In this document: positions 1-7,671 of the stretch, piece after piece
Numbering within the stretch: position 1 is the first letter of the stretch
How the letters are laid out: the number at the start of each line of letters is the position of its first letter
Assembly (NCBI GenBank): GCA_017495165.1
Contig: JAFEII010000030.1
Span: 86,190-102,189 of the forward strand
Source of the DNA: Hydromonas sp.
Lineage (GTDB): Bacteria; Pseudomonadota; Gammaproteobacteria; Burkholderiales; Burkholderiaceae
Direction: 5' to 3'
Length of the DNA stretch: 16,000 bases
The notes under the pieces: generated by a model
Databases searched by the model: none
What the model saw: the letters and a program-made list of their open reading frames with translations, nothing else
Told to the model about the DNA's origin: nothing
Translations under genes and position numbers: made by a program

Positions 1-118
1 CCAGCGCGGGCTTTAGAGGCTTTTATTTATTTGTTTGCGTGCCTGTTGCGCATCAGCCCCTCCCAAAAAGCAGCCAAATTGGCGCCGTATTTTTTTAACC
101 CCAACCGAGTTGTTGAAT

Positions 119-2002
119 ATGTCAGAGTCCATGCAGCCTGAGAAAAACGGGTTTGATGCAGCCGCTTTTGTCGCCAGCCTGCCGCATTTACCGGGTGTTT
201 ACCGCCACATCGATGAGAACGATGTGGTTTTGTACGTGGGCAAAGCGCGTGACTTAAAAAAACGGGTCGCCAATTATTTTGCGCGTACCGAATCGTTAAG
301 CCCGCGCATCGCTTTGATGGTCAGCAAAGTCGTTCGGGTGGATGTGACCATCACGCGCACCGAAACCGAAGCGCTGTTGCTTGAAAACAATCTGATTAAA
401 AGCCTTGCGCCGCGCTATAACATCGTTTTTCGGGACGACAAATCCTATCCGTACCTCAAAATGACCGCCAGCACTTTTTCGCGCATGGTTTACTACCGTG
501 GCGCGGTGGACAAAAAACACCAATATTTTGGCCCTTTCCCCAATGGCTACGCGGTCAAATCGTCGATTAAGTTATTGCAAAAAGTATTCAAACTGCGCAC
601 CTGCGACGAAACCGTGTTTCGCAACCGCTCGCGTCCGTGCATGTTGCACCAAATCGGGCGGTGTAGCGCGCCGTGCGTGGGCTTGATTAGCGCTGAGGAT
701 TACGCGCAAGACATTGCCGCCAGCGTGCAATTTTTGCGCGGCGAGTCTGATGCGTTGCTGCAAAATTTTCAAACCCAAATGATGGCGGCGTCACAGGCGC
801 TTGAGTTTGAAAAAGCCGCTCAACTGCGCGACAAAATTGGCGCGTTGTCCAGCATGATGGCGAACCAATCGGTTGAAAGCACGGGCGATGATGTGGATGC
901 GGACATCATCGCCGTCGCCTGCGCCGATGCGCGCTATTGCGTGAATTTGGCCATGGTGCGCGGTGGGCGACATTTGGGCGACAAAGCCTTTTTCCCCACG
1001 CACACCCAAGACTGCAGTGCGCAAGATGTGGTGGATGCGTTTGTTGCGCAACATTACGCCGATGGCGTTGCGCCGTATGTGATTGTGGCCGACACCATGC
1101 CGTCTGCAGAGGTTTTGGAGATGCTCAATGACGTGGCAGGGCGCAAATTGTTGTGGGTCAAACAACCACAAACCCAACGCAAAACATGGCTTGAAATGGC
1201 TCAAAGCAATGCTCAGCTCGCATTGTCGCGCCGCATGCAAGAAGCGGGCAGCGCCAAAGTGCGCACCCGTGACTTGGCCACGCTGTTGCAACTCGATGAG
1301 TTTGGGCATGGTGACGAATTGGCGCGCCTGCGCATTGAATGCTTTGATATTAGCCATCATTCGGGCGAAGCCACTCAAGCATCGTGCGTGGTTTATCAAA
1401 ACCACGCCATGCAAAACGGTGAATACCGCCGATTTAATATCGCCGATGTGACGGCGGGCGATGATTATGCCGCGATGCGCCAAGTGCTGATGCGCCGCTA
1501 TGCGAGCATCATCAAAGGCGAGGGCGTCATGCCAGACGTGGTTTTGGTGGACGGCGGTAAAGGGCAAATCAGTATGGCGGTTGAGGTGTTTAACGAGCTT
1601 GGGCTCGATTTAAACCTGATTGTTGGGGTTGCAAAAGGCGATGGGCGGCGCGTTGGACTCGAAACTTTGCTATTTGCAGATGGACGTGCGCCCATAAAAT
1701 TGGGTAAACTGTCGCCTGCTTTAATGTTGGTCGCTCAAGTGCGCGACGAAGCGCACCGATTTGCCATTACAGGCATGCGCGCCGCTCGCGCCAAAGCACG
1801 TAATGTCTCAAGGCTTGAGGAAATCGAAGGCATCGGCGCCAAACGCCGTGCCGCATTGCTCCAGCGCTTTGGCGGCATGGCAGGGGTCAAAAACGCCAGC
1901 GTCCAAGACCTTAAAACCGTTGTTGGCGTATCGGCCAAATTGGCACAAGAGATTTATAAACAGTTGCATGAAGATGCGGGAAAATCAGATGAATTGGTCT
2001 AA
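119..2002 (+). CDS. uvrC: excinuclease ABC subunit C (UvrC)
   Basis: The ORF 35..2002 has an N-terminal GIY-YIG signature (GVYRH...[18 protein letters not shown]), a central UvrC-type region and a C-terminal helix-hairpin-helix region ([18 protein letters not shown]). The start is moved to the first ATG at 119 (MSESMQ...) because position 35 is a TTG with non-conserved-looking residues. ATG 131 is an alternative start. Confidence 0.93.
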   Translation: MSESMQPEKNGFDAAAFVASLPHLPGVYRHIDENDVVLYVGKARDLKKRVANYFARTESLSPRIALMVSKVVRVDVTITRTETEALLLENNLIKSLAPRYNIVFRDDKSYPYLKMTASTFSRMVYYRGAVDKKHQYFGPFPNGYAVKSSIKLLQKVFKLRTCDETVFRNRSRPCMLHQIGRCSAPCVGLISAEDYAQDIAASVQFLRGESDALLQNFQTQMMAASQALEFEKAAQLRDKIGALSSMMANQSVESTGDDVDADIIAVACADARYCVNLAMVRGGRHLGDKAFFPTHTQDCSAQDVVDAFVAQHYADGVAPYVIVADTMPSAEVLEMLNDVAGRKLLWVKQPQTQRKTWLEMAQSNAQLALSRRMQEAGSAKVRTRDLATLLQLDEFGHGDELARLRIECFDISHHSGEATQASCVVYQNHAMQNGEYRRFNIADVTAGDDYAAMRQVLMRRYASIIKGEGVMPDVVLVDGGKGQISMAVEVFNELGLDLNLIVGVAKGDGRRVGLETLLFADGRAPIKLGKLSPALMLVAQVRDEAHRFAITGMRAARAKARNVSRLEEIEGIGAKRRAALLQRFGGMAGVKNASVQDLKTVVGVSAKLAQEIYKQLHEDAGKSDELV

Positions 2003-3035
2003 GTTGGATTATTCAAAAACGCAGGTTCGCAAAGCGGGTGAAACGCTGGCAAAGAGCCTGACTGAAACCGACACCGATGACTTAGCGACGGCGATTGACG
2101 CTTATAAAGCCGCCTATGATATTTTGGCAAACTGGCGGGCGACGCATGCCTACCCGATGCAAACCATTTTGAATCAGTTGCGTAAAAAATCGTTGCAAAT
2201 AGATGATTCGGCAATTGTGGTGCAACGCTTAAAACGCTATCCGTCCATTTTAGCCAAACTGCAACGCGAACCGCACATGAAGTTAGATACCATGGAAGAT
2301 ATCGCGGGTTGCCGTGTTGTGCTGGACAATATTGAAAACGTGTATGAGTTGTGGGATGCGTTAAGCAAAAGCCGCTCAAGAAACAAGCTCAAACGCGCGC
2401 GTGATTACATCAAACAACCCAAACCTTCGGGTTATCGAGGTGTACACCTGATTTATACGTATCAAGGTAAAAAGAATGAATACGCAGGTTTGCCCGTGGA
2501 GTTACAACTGCGCAGCAAAGTTCAGCACTCATGGGCAACGGCGGTCGAAGTGGTGGGCACTTTTTTACAAGAAGCCTTAAAGTCAAGTCGCGGCAATCAA
2601 GACTGGTTGGACTTTTTTGAATGTGCGGGCGAGGCTTTTTACGCACTGGAAACCAAGAAGCCATTTGCGCGCGTTAAAACGTTGTCGGAAATGGTTGATA
2701 GCTTAAAAGTGCTCGCATTGCTTCCCGCTTTTGCGGTTGCCACCAATGTGTTGAGTGACCAATTGGCGCATAAAGCTGATTTTTATTTAATATCATTGGA
2801 TATTACCAAAAGACGCTTAAACTTTAAGCGGTTCGCTGAGCGCGATTTGGACAATGGGCTCAATTTATACGCCCAATTTGAGTCTGAGTTTAAGAATGAC
2901 CCGAGCAAAGATGTTGTACTTATCTCTGCCGAATCTGTTGAAGGCCTGCGTAAAGCCTACCCAAACTACTTTGCGGACACGAGCGATTTTGTGCGCAACC
3001 TTAAAACCGTACTGAAAGCCCCAAATGCCATTTAA
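1989..3035 (+). CDS. stand-alone RelA/SpoT-homologue (RSH) synthetase-domain protein with an uncharacterised ~150 aa C-terminal domain; candidate CapRel-like fused toxSAS
   Basis: The nucleotidyltransferase motifs of the RelA/SpoT synthetase domain appear in order: [11 protein letters not shown] (RxKxxxSxxxK, 2226-2258), DIAGCRVV (2298-), GYRGVH (2430-2447) and [17 protein letters not shown] (2499-2549). There is no HD hydrolase, TGS or ACT region. The upstream 76 codons of ORF 1761..3035 lie in an alternative frame of uvrC, so the start is set to ATG 1989 ([18 protein letters not shown]), preceded by GGGAA at 1978-1982. ATG 1968 and 1974 are alternatives. The C-terminal part carries YPNY (2958-2969). 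Confidence 0.8.
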   Translation: MNWSKLDYSKTQVRKAGETLAKSLTETDTDDLATAIDAYKAAYDILANWRATHAYPMQTILNQLRKKSLQIDDSAIVVQRLKRYPSILAKLQREPHMKLDTMEDIAGCRVVLDNIENVYELWDALSKSRSRNKLKRARDYIKQPKPSGYRGVHLIYTYQGKKNEYAGLPVELQLRSKVQHSWATAVEVVGTFLQEALKSSRGNQDWLDFFECAGEAFYALETKKPFARVKTLSEMVDSLKVLALLPAFAVATNVLSDQLAHKADFYLISLDITKRRLNFKRFAERDLDNGLNLYAQFESEFKNDPSKDVVLISAESVEGLRKAYPNYFADTSDFVRNLKTVLKAPNAI

Positions 3036-3594
3036 TTTTCCGATTCTGCTCACGTGGGCACGTGTGATTGCGATTCCTTTGTTGGTCGCCATTTATTATT
3101 CTCCGTTTGGCGCGCTGGATGAGACGCTGCGCAACTCTTTGGCGGCAGGTTTGTTTATATTGGCGGCGATTACCGATTGGTTTGATGGGTTCTTGGCGCG
3201 TCGTTGGAATCAAACCAGCGCGTTTGGGGCGTTTTTAGACCCGATTGCGGATAAATTATTGGTCACCGCGTGTTTGATTGTGTTGGTGCACGAAAAGCAA
3301 GCGCACGGCTTGATTGCCTTGATTATTATTGGGCGCGAATTGGCCATTTCTGGCTTGCGTGAATGGATGTCGTCTATTGGCGCCCGCGCGGCGGTGGCGG
3401 TGAATAATTTGGGCAAATATAAAACTGCTGCGCAAATGTCGGCCTTGCCGATGTTGTTGCTCAATCGTGATGTTTTTGGGCTCGATTTTCACCTGGTTGG
3501 TACGTGGCTTTTGTATGTTGCGGCTGTGTTGACCGTGGTTTCGATGGTGGTGTATCTGAAAGCGGCTTGGCCAACAATTAAGGCGAATGCTTAA
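3025..3594 (+). CDS. pgsA: CDP-diacylglycerol--glycerol-3-phosphate 3-phosphatidyltransferase (PgsA)
   Basis: The CDP-alcohol phosphatidyltransferase motif is present (DWFDGFLARRWNQTSAFGAFLDPIADKLL), and the protein is multi-pass hydrophobic at 189 aa, a typical PgsA size. Its ATG lies 11 nt inside the end of the preceding gene. Confidence 0.9.
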   Translation: MPFNFPILLTWARVIAIPLLVAIYYSPFGALDETLRNSLAAGLFILAAITDWFDGFLARRWNQTSAFGAFLDPIADKLLVTACLIVLVHEKQAHGLIALIIIGRELAISGLREWMSSIGARAAVAVNNLGKYKTAAQMSALPMLLLNRDVFGLDFHLVGTWLLYVAAVLTVVSMVVYLKAAWPTIKANA

Positions 3595-3676
3595 ACAAAG
3601 TACTTAAAGTCGCTGTTTAAAGCAATTATTTAAAGCAAGTATTTAAGTTAAATGTTAAATTTTAAATGCTTAAAAT
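3591..3676. repeat. phased TTAAA(G/C/T) repeat array in the AT-rich pgsA-hemW spacer
   Basis: TTAAAC/TTAAAG/TTAAG copies begin at 3591, 3604, 3617, 3630 and 3643, an exact 13-bp period. TTAAAT/TTAAAAT copies then begin at 3648, 3655, 3662 and 3670, a period of about 7 bp. Positions were counted directly from the sequence. Confidence 0.6.
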
Positions 3677-3685
3677 GCAGGATTT

Positions 3686-4900
3686 ATGAACACTCAAACC
3701 ATTACGTTTCACCCAAAAGCACCCCATAAAACCACGTCGCAAGACGTGGTTTTATCCGCTTTACCGCCGCTCAGCTTGTACGTGCATGTCCCTTGGTGCG
3801 TCAAAAAATGTCCGTATTGCGATTTTAATTCGCACGAATTCAAAGAGCAAGGCGCGGATTGGGAATATGAATACATTCAAGCGCTGCTCAAAGACTTGGA
3901 AAACACCTTGCCGCTGGTTTGGGGCAGGCGTTTGGTGAGCGTATTTATTGGGGGCGGCACGCCCAGTATTTTGTCGCCTGAATCAATTGACACATTGCTC
4001 GCAGGAATTCGAGCGCGCATACCGTATGTGGCGGACATGGAAGTCACGATGGAAGCCAATCCCGGTACGCTGGACAACGCCAAGCTCAAAGGTTTTCGTG
4101 ATGCCGGCGTGAATCGTTTGTCGATTGGCGTGCAGAGTTTTGATGATGATTTGCTTGCGCAAATTGGCAGAATCCACAACGGCGCACAAGCGCGTGAAGC
4201 CCTAGCCACCGCGTATCAGTTATTTGACAAAGTTAATTTGGACATTATGTTTGCCTTGCCCAACCAAACCATGGCGCAACTGCAAGCGGACGTGCAAACC
4301 GCGCTCAGTTTTAAACCCACGCATTTGTCGTATTATCATTTGACGCTCGAACCCAATACGTATTTTCACCGCTACCCGCCCAAATTGCCTGATGACGAGT
4401 TGGCATTGGACATGCAGGCGTACATTGAGACCGCGCTCGAATCGGCAGGCATGACGCACTACGAAGTCTCCGCTTTTGCAAAAACAGGGCATGAATCGGT
4501 TCACAACACCAATTATTGGCAGTTTGGCGACTACATCGGCATTGGCGCTGGCGCGCACGGCAAAATCAGCCGCCACGACGGCATTGTGCGGCATGCCAAG
4601 TTTAAACACCCGCAAACCTATGTGGCACAAATGAGCCAAGGCAACGCCGTCGAATCGGAGCAACACTTAAGCCGCGCCGACTTGCCGTTTGAGTTCATGC
4701 TCAACGCCTTGCGCCTGCGTGATGGCGTCAAAGTCAGCCATTTTGCCGCCGCAACGGGTTTAACCATCGCCGATTTGGAGCCTGCATTATCAACCGCTCA
4801 AACCCGTGGTTTGATGGTGAATGAACACGGTGTATTGCGAGTGACGGATTTGGGTTGGCGGTTTATGAGCGATGTGCAGGCGTTGTTTTTGCAGGAGTAA
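3686..4900 (+). CDS. hemW: radical SAM heme chaperone HemW (HemN-like, formerly annotated as oxygen-independent coproporphyrinogen III oxidase)
   Basis: A radical SAM CxxxCxxC motif is present (VPWCVKKCPYCDF), followed by FIGGGTPS and a HemN_C-like C-terminus. At 404 aa the length fits HemW better than HemN. Confidence 0.85.
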   Translation: MNTQTITFHPKAPHKTTSQDVVLSALPPLSLYVHVPWCVKKCPYCDFNSHEFKEQGADWEYEYIQALLKDLENTLPLVWGRRLVSVFIGGGTPSILSPESIDTLLAGIRARIPYVADMEVTMEANPGTLDNAKLKGFRDAGVNRLSIGVQSFDDDLLAQIGRIHNGAQAREALATAYQLFDKVNLDIMFALPNQTMAQLQADVQTALSFKPTHLSYYHLTLEPNTYFHRYPPKLPDDELALDMQAYIETALESAGMTHYEVSAFAKTGHESVHNTNYWQFGDYIGIGAGAHGKISRHDGIVRHAKFKHPQTYVAQMSQGNAVESEQHLSRADLPFEFMLNALRLRDGVKVSHFAAATGLTIADLEPALSTAQTRGLMVNEHGVLRVTDLGWRFMSDVQALFLQE

Positions 4901-5105
4901 AGCCTTACATATTGAACCGTGCGTAAAAATTACGATGTGAACGTGCGCGGCATCTGCACAAACCAGTTGATTGCAGGCTGCTTGGCGTTGCGCTTTGGCT
5001 CGAATCCATGAAATTTTTAAACGCACGAAAAACCATTTCAACCAAATAGTTAATTACATTCAGGCTTGCGCTGGCAAGTCTTTGCTACAACAACAGGAGC
5101 ATTGC

Positions 5106-5741
5106 ATGTCTACAAATTCACCCACACTTTCGTTTGACGCCATCATCCCGATTGGCTTTTTTTGCGGCCCAACCGAGTGGTTGGAGGCGTTGGATTTGCG
5201 CAAGCAGTCCAATCCATTTGACTGGGTCATCACCGATCTTGACCATGTGAGCGAGCTTATTGACAATCAGTTCCATGACTTGTTTGACGAGGCGCATTTG
5301 CTGAGTCATTCAAATTGGTGCAATGAAATGCGGATTGTGGATCACGACCATTATATGTTTCGCTTTTTTCATGATTTTCCTGCGGACATGTCGATTGCTG
5401 AGAAACTACCTGAAGTGAGGGAGAAGTACGAGCGGCGCATCACACGTTTTTACAACATGCTTAAGGATTCGCAGTCGCTGTTGTTTATTCGTTATGTTCG
5501 CAATGATGATGACGATGAGGCGCGCAAAATGACGCGTTTTATTGAGGTCATGACTGCTTTGAACCCCAACTTCAAACTCATCGTGATTAAAAATACCGAT
5601 TCCAAATGGGATGAGCGTCCGCATCAGGACAAAATATTGCGAATTTTTGAGGTTGAAAAAGACCCGCATGATTGCGTGAAGCGGCAGTTGCCAGAGGCGC
5701 TGCAACTGTTTTTGCAGAATGAAGTAAGCCTGACGGGTTGA
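5106..5741 (+). CDS. hypothetical protein, DUF1796-like (putative papain-like cysteine peptidase fold family)
   Basis: The N-terminal IPIGFFCGPTEW...SNPFDWVI and the later FFHDFP match my recollection of the DUF1796 family (G..C ... PFDW ... HDF). The start is set to ATG 5106, which has an AGGAG at 5095-5099. The upstream 45 codons of ORF 4971.. look non-coding. Confidence 0.55.
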   Translation: MSTNSPTLSFDAIIPIGFFCGPTEWLEALDLRKQSNPFDWVITDLDHVSELIDNQFHDLFDEAHLLSHSNWCNEMRIVDHDHYMFRFFHDFPADMSIAEKLPEVREKYERRITRFYNMLKDSQSLLFIRYVRNDDDDEARKMTRFIEVMTALNPNFKLIVIKNTDSKWDERPHQDKILRIFEVEKDPHDCVKRQLPEALQLFLQNEVSLTG

Positions 5742-5882
5742 TGGGAAAATACAGTAAGCCTGCCGCTTGTGAAAAACGCTCATTGGATTGGGTAAAAAAC
5801 AATTGGGCGGGATGGGTTCAGGATCAGGTTTTGCAGGGTGATGTAGGCTGGCGTTTTTTGAGTGAGTGATTTAAATGGCGGG

Positions 5883-5899
5883 CTTAATGTTCAGTTAAG
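5883..5899 (+). promoter_or_regulatory. PmrA/QseB-box-like direct repeat upstream of the cytochrome b562 gene
   Basis: CTTAAT (5883-5888), a 5-nt spacer gttca, then GTTAAG (5894-5899). A possible -10 element TAAGAT lies at 5923-5928. The site is 62 nt upstream of ATG 5961. Confidence 0.3.
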
Positions 5900-5960
5900 T
5901 TTCGAGTGTTTTAATCATGACGTAAGATCAAACACACCCAACTACTTAAAAAGGCCTGAC

Positions 5961-6350
5961 ATGAAAAATTTAAAAAAACACACATTATCTGTACTTTGCT
6001 TAATGCTCATTGGCGCTGCTTGGGTTCAAAGCCCTGTGTATGCAGGCGAAATCAAACGCACCATGAAACAAATGAATCAAGCCTTTAAAGGTGCGATGAG
6101 CAGCAGCTCAATTGCCGAAATGGCGCCGTTTGTGGCGAGCTTAAAAGAGCAAGGATTGGCTGCCGCGCGCATGAGTTTGAGTGGTTCGGCGTCTGAGCAA
6201 AGCGATTACCGCCAAGGCATGCAGCAGATGCAAAACAACTTTATTGAGCTTGACCGAGCGATCGCTTCTGGCAATCTAGATGCCGCCAAAAATATTTTAC
6301 AAAATATTAAAAATACCGAAAAAGTCTATCACCGCAAGCTGGGCGTTTAA
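5961..6350 (+). CDS. cybC: soluble periplasmic cytochrome b562 family protein
   Basis: A signal peptide (MKNLKKHTLSVLCLMLIGAAWVQSPVYA) is followed by a mature sequence that aligns by eye to E. coli cytochrome b562. This includes the N-terminal Met ligand context (EIKRTMKQMNQAFK versus DLEDNMETLNDNLK) and the C-terminal His ligand context (GNLDAAKNILQNIKNTEKVYHRK versus [23 protein letters not shown]). The start is set to ATG 5961. Confidence 0.8.
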   Translation: MKNLKKHTLSVLCLMLIGAAWVQSPVYAGEIKRTMKQMNQAFKGAMSSSSIAEMAPFVASLKEQGLAAARMSLSGSASEQSDYRQGMQQMQNNFIELDRAIASGNLDAAKNILQNIKNTEKVYHRKLGV

Positions 6351-6424
6351 TTGTATGTCCGAGCAAGTCCCGAGTTGTATTTAATGAAACCCATATGACC
6401 AAAATTGACTGAATAGGCGCTATC

Positions 6425-6952
6425 ATGACCATCAAACCCGCAACCAAATACCCCGCATCGGTGATTTTTTTCCACGCCGTTATTGGTTTACTCATGATTG
6501 CCACGCTGATATTTGGCTGGTTGCTTGAAGAAAATCCAGATTTAGAAGACTGGCATAAAGCGCTTGGCATCGCTATTTTGTTTTTGGGCGTGATTCGTAT
6601 GCTCAATCGCTTGCGCACCAAATCTCAAATTCCTGCGTCTTTGAATGCAAAAGGCACGCTGCAATTTGTCGCCGAAAAAACCGTGCATGGTTTGTTGTAT
6701 CTGGTGATGTTTAGCACGCCGTTATTGGGCTGGTTGTTGGTCAGTGCACAGGCCGAGCCGATTGGTTTTTTTGGCCTGTTTGAAGTGCCTGCACTGATGG
6801 CGGAAAATGAATCTTTGACGCGCACGCTCAAGCATTTACATGAATTGTCGGCCAATGTATTTTTTGGTTTGGTGCTTTTGCATGTGGCGGGCGCTTTATT
6901 GCACCACATCAAGCACAAGGGCGGCGTTTTTAAAAGAATCATGCCTTTTTGA
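6425..6952 (+). CDS. cybB: cytochrome b561 family membrane protein (CybB/YodB-like, PF01292 type)
   Basis: The protein is a 175-aa four-helix membrane protein with conserved His positions (FFHAVIG, WHKALG, HELSAN, LLHVAGALLHH) and a C-terminal RIMPF that resembles the E. coli CybB ending RMMPRK. Confidence 0.8.
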   Translation: MTIKPATKYPASVIFFHAVIGLLMIATLIFGWLLEENPDLEDWHKALGIAILFLGVIRMLNRLRTKSQIPASLNAKGTLQFVAEKTVHGLLYLVMFSTPLLGWLLVSAQAEPIGFFGLFEVPALMAENESLTRTLKHLHELSANVFFGLVLLHVAGALLHHIKHKGGVFKRIMPF

Positions 6953-7005
6953 GCGGTATGCGTTGATTGAGATTAAAGCTGCGCGTGGCTGATATTGGAG
7001 CATTT

Positions 7006-7671
7006 ATGCGGATATTGTTGATTGAAGACAACGCGCTGCTGGGCGAGGGCATTGTAGACGGCTTAACCGATGCTGGTTTTTTGGTTGATTGGCTGCAAGA
7101 CGGCCAATCCGCTATCACGGCATTGCAAACACAACACACGTTTGATGCCATGGTTTTAGACATTGGCTTGCCCATTGTGGATGGTTTGGCTGTATTAAAT
7201 TGGGTGCGCGCTCAAAGCTCAAACTTGCCTGTGTTGCTTTTAACCGCGCTTGATGGCGTTGATGATAAAGTCAAAGGTTTGAATGCGGGCGCTGATGATT
7301 ATTTGGTCAAACCTTTTGCGTTGGTTGAATTGGTGGCGCGCTTGCGCACGCTTTTGCGTCGTCAATTTAAACAGCCTTCCAATCAAATCACCTGGCGCGA
7401 TTTTGTACTTGATGTTGAATATCAATCGCTGATTAAAAATGGCCAAACCCTTGCGCTGACTGCGGTTGAGTTTCGTTTGCTGCATATTTTATTGGCCAAT
7501 CAACCCAATTATTTATCGCGCACTCAGTTAGAAGAAAAACTCTATGGCTGGCAGAGCGAAGTTGAAAGCAATGCGCTGGATGTGCATTTGTCGCATTTGC
7601 GTAAAAAACTGGGTGAGCATTGCATTATGAATACACGTGGCCTAGGCTGGCGGATTGGAGATGACGCGTGA
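7006..7671 (+). CDS. OmpR/PhoB-family response regulator (QseB/PmrA/BasR-like)
   Basis: The receiver domain is present (MRILLIEDN, phospho-acceptor context MVLDIGLP, KPF), as is a winged-helix output domain (LTAVEFRLLHILL...GLGWRI). The start is set to ATG 7006, with GGAG at 6996-6999. Confidence 0.88.
   Translation: MRILLIEDNALLGEGIVDGLTDAGFLVDWLQDGQSAITALQTQHTFDAMVLDIGLPIVDGLAVLNWVRAQSSNLPVLLLTALDGVDDKVKGLNAGADDYLVKPFALVELVARLRTLLRRQFKQPSNQITWRDFVLDVEYQSLIKNGQTLALTAVEFRLLHILLANQPNYLSRTQLEEKLYGWQSEVESNALDVHLSHLRKKLGEHCIMNTRGLGWRIGDDA

Noticed and set aside
131-143. The 13-mer ATGCAGCCTGAGA is repeated at 131-143 and 10701-10713.
   Set aside because: Both copies lie inside coding sequence. 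A few chance 13-mer repeats are expected among all position pairs in 16 kb. The repeat is mentioned only as context for the DUS-like observation.
791-1567. Long antisense or alternative-frame ORFs lie inside confident genes. Examples are 791..1567 (-, 258 aa), 9807..10499 (-, 230 aa), 12505..13291 (-), 14619..15153 (-) and 4220..4666 (-).
   Set aside because: They are embedded entirely in genes with strong family signatures (uvrC, MFS, btuB, btuC, hemW). Their translations are Arg/His/Pro/Ala-rich and low-complexity, and they have no recognisable motifs. They are typical shadow ORFs.
1761-1988. The tracked ORF 1761..3035 extends 76 codons upstream of the RSH gene ([13 protein letters not shown]...). 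ORF 35..2002 has a similar extension upstream of uvrC (35-118).
   Set aside because: The 1761-1988 stretch lies in an alternative frame of the clearly coding uvrC 3' region and has low-complexity, non-protein-like composition. The RSH family N-terminus (SK.QV.KAGE) begins right after ATG 1989. Position 35 is a TTG followed by non-conserved-looking residues.
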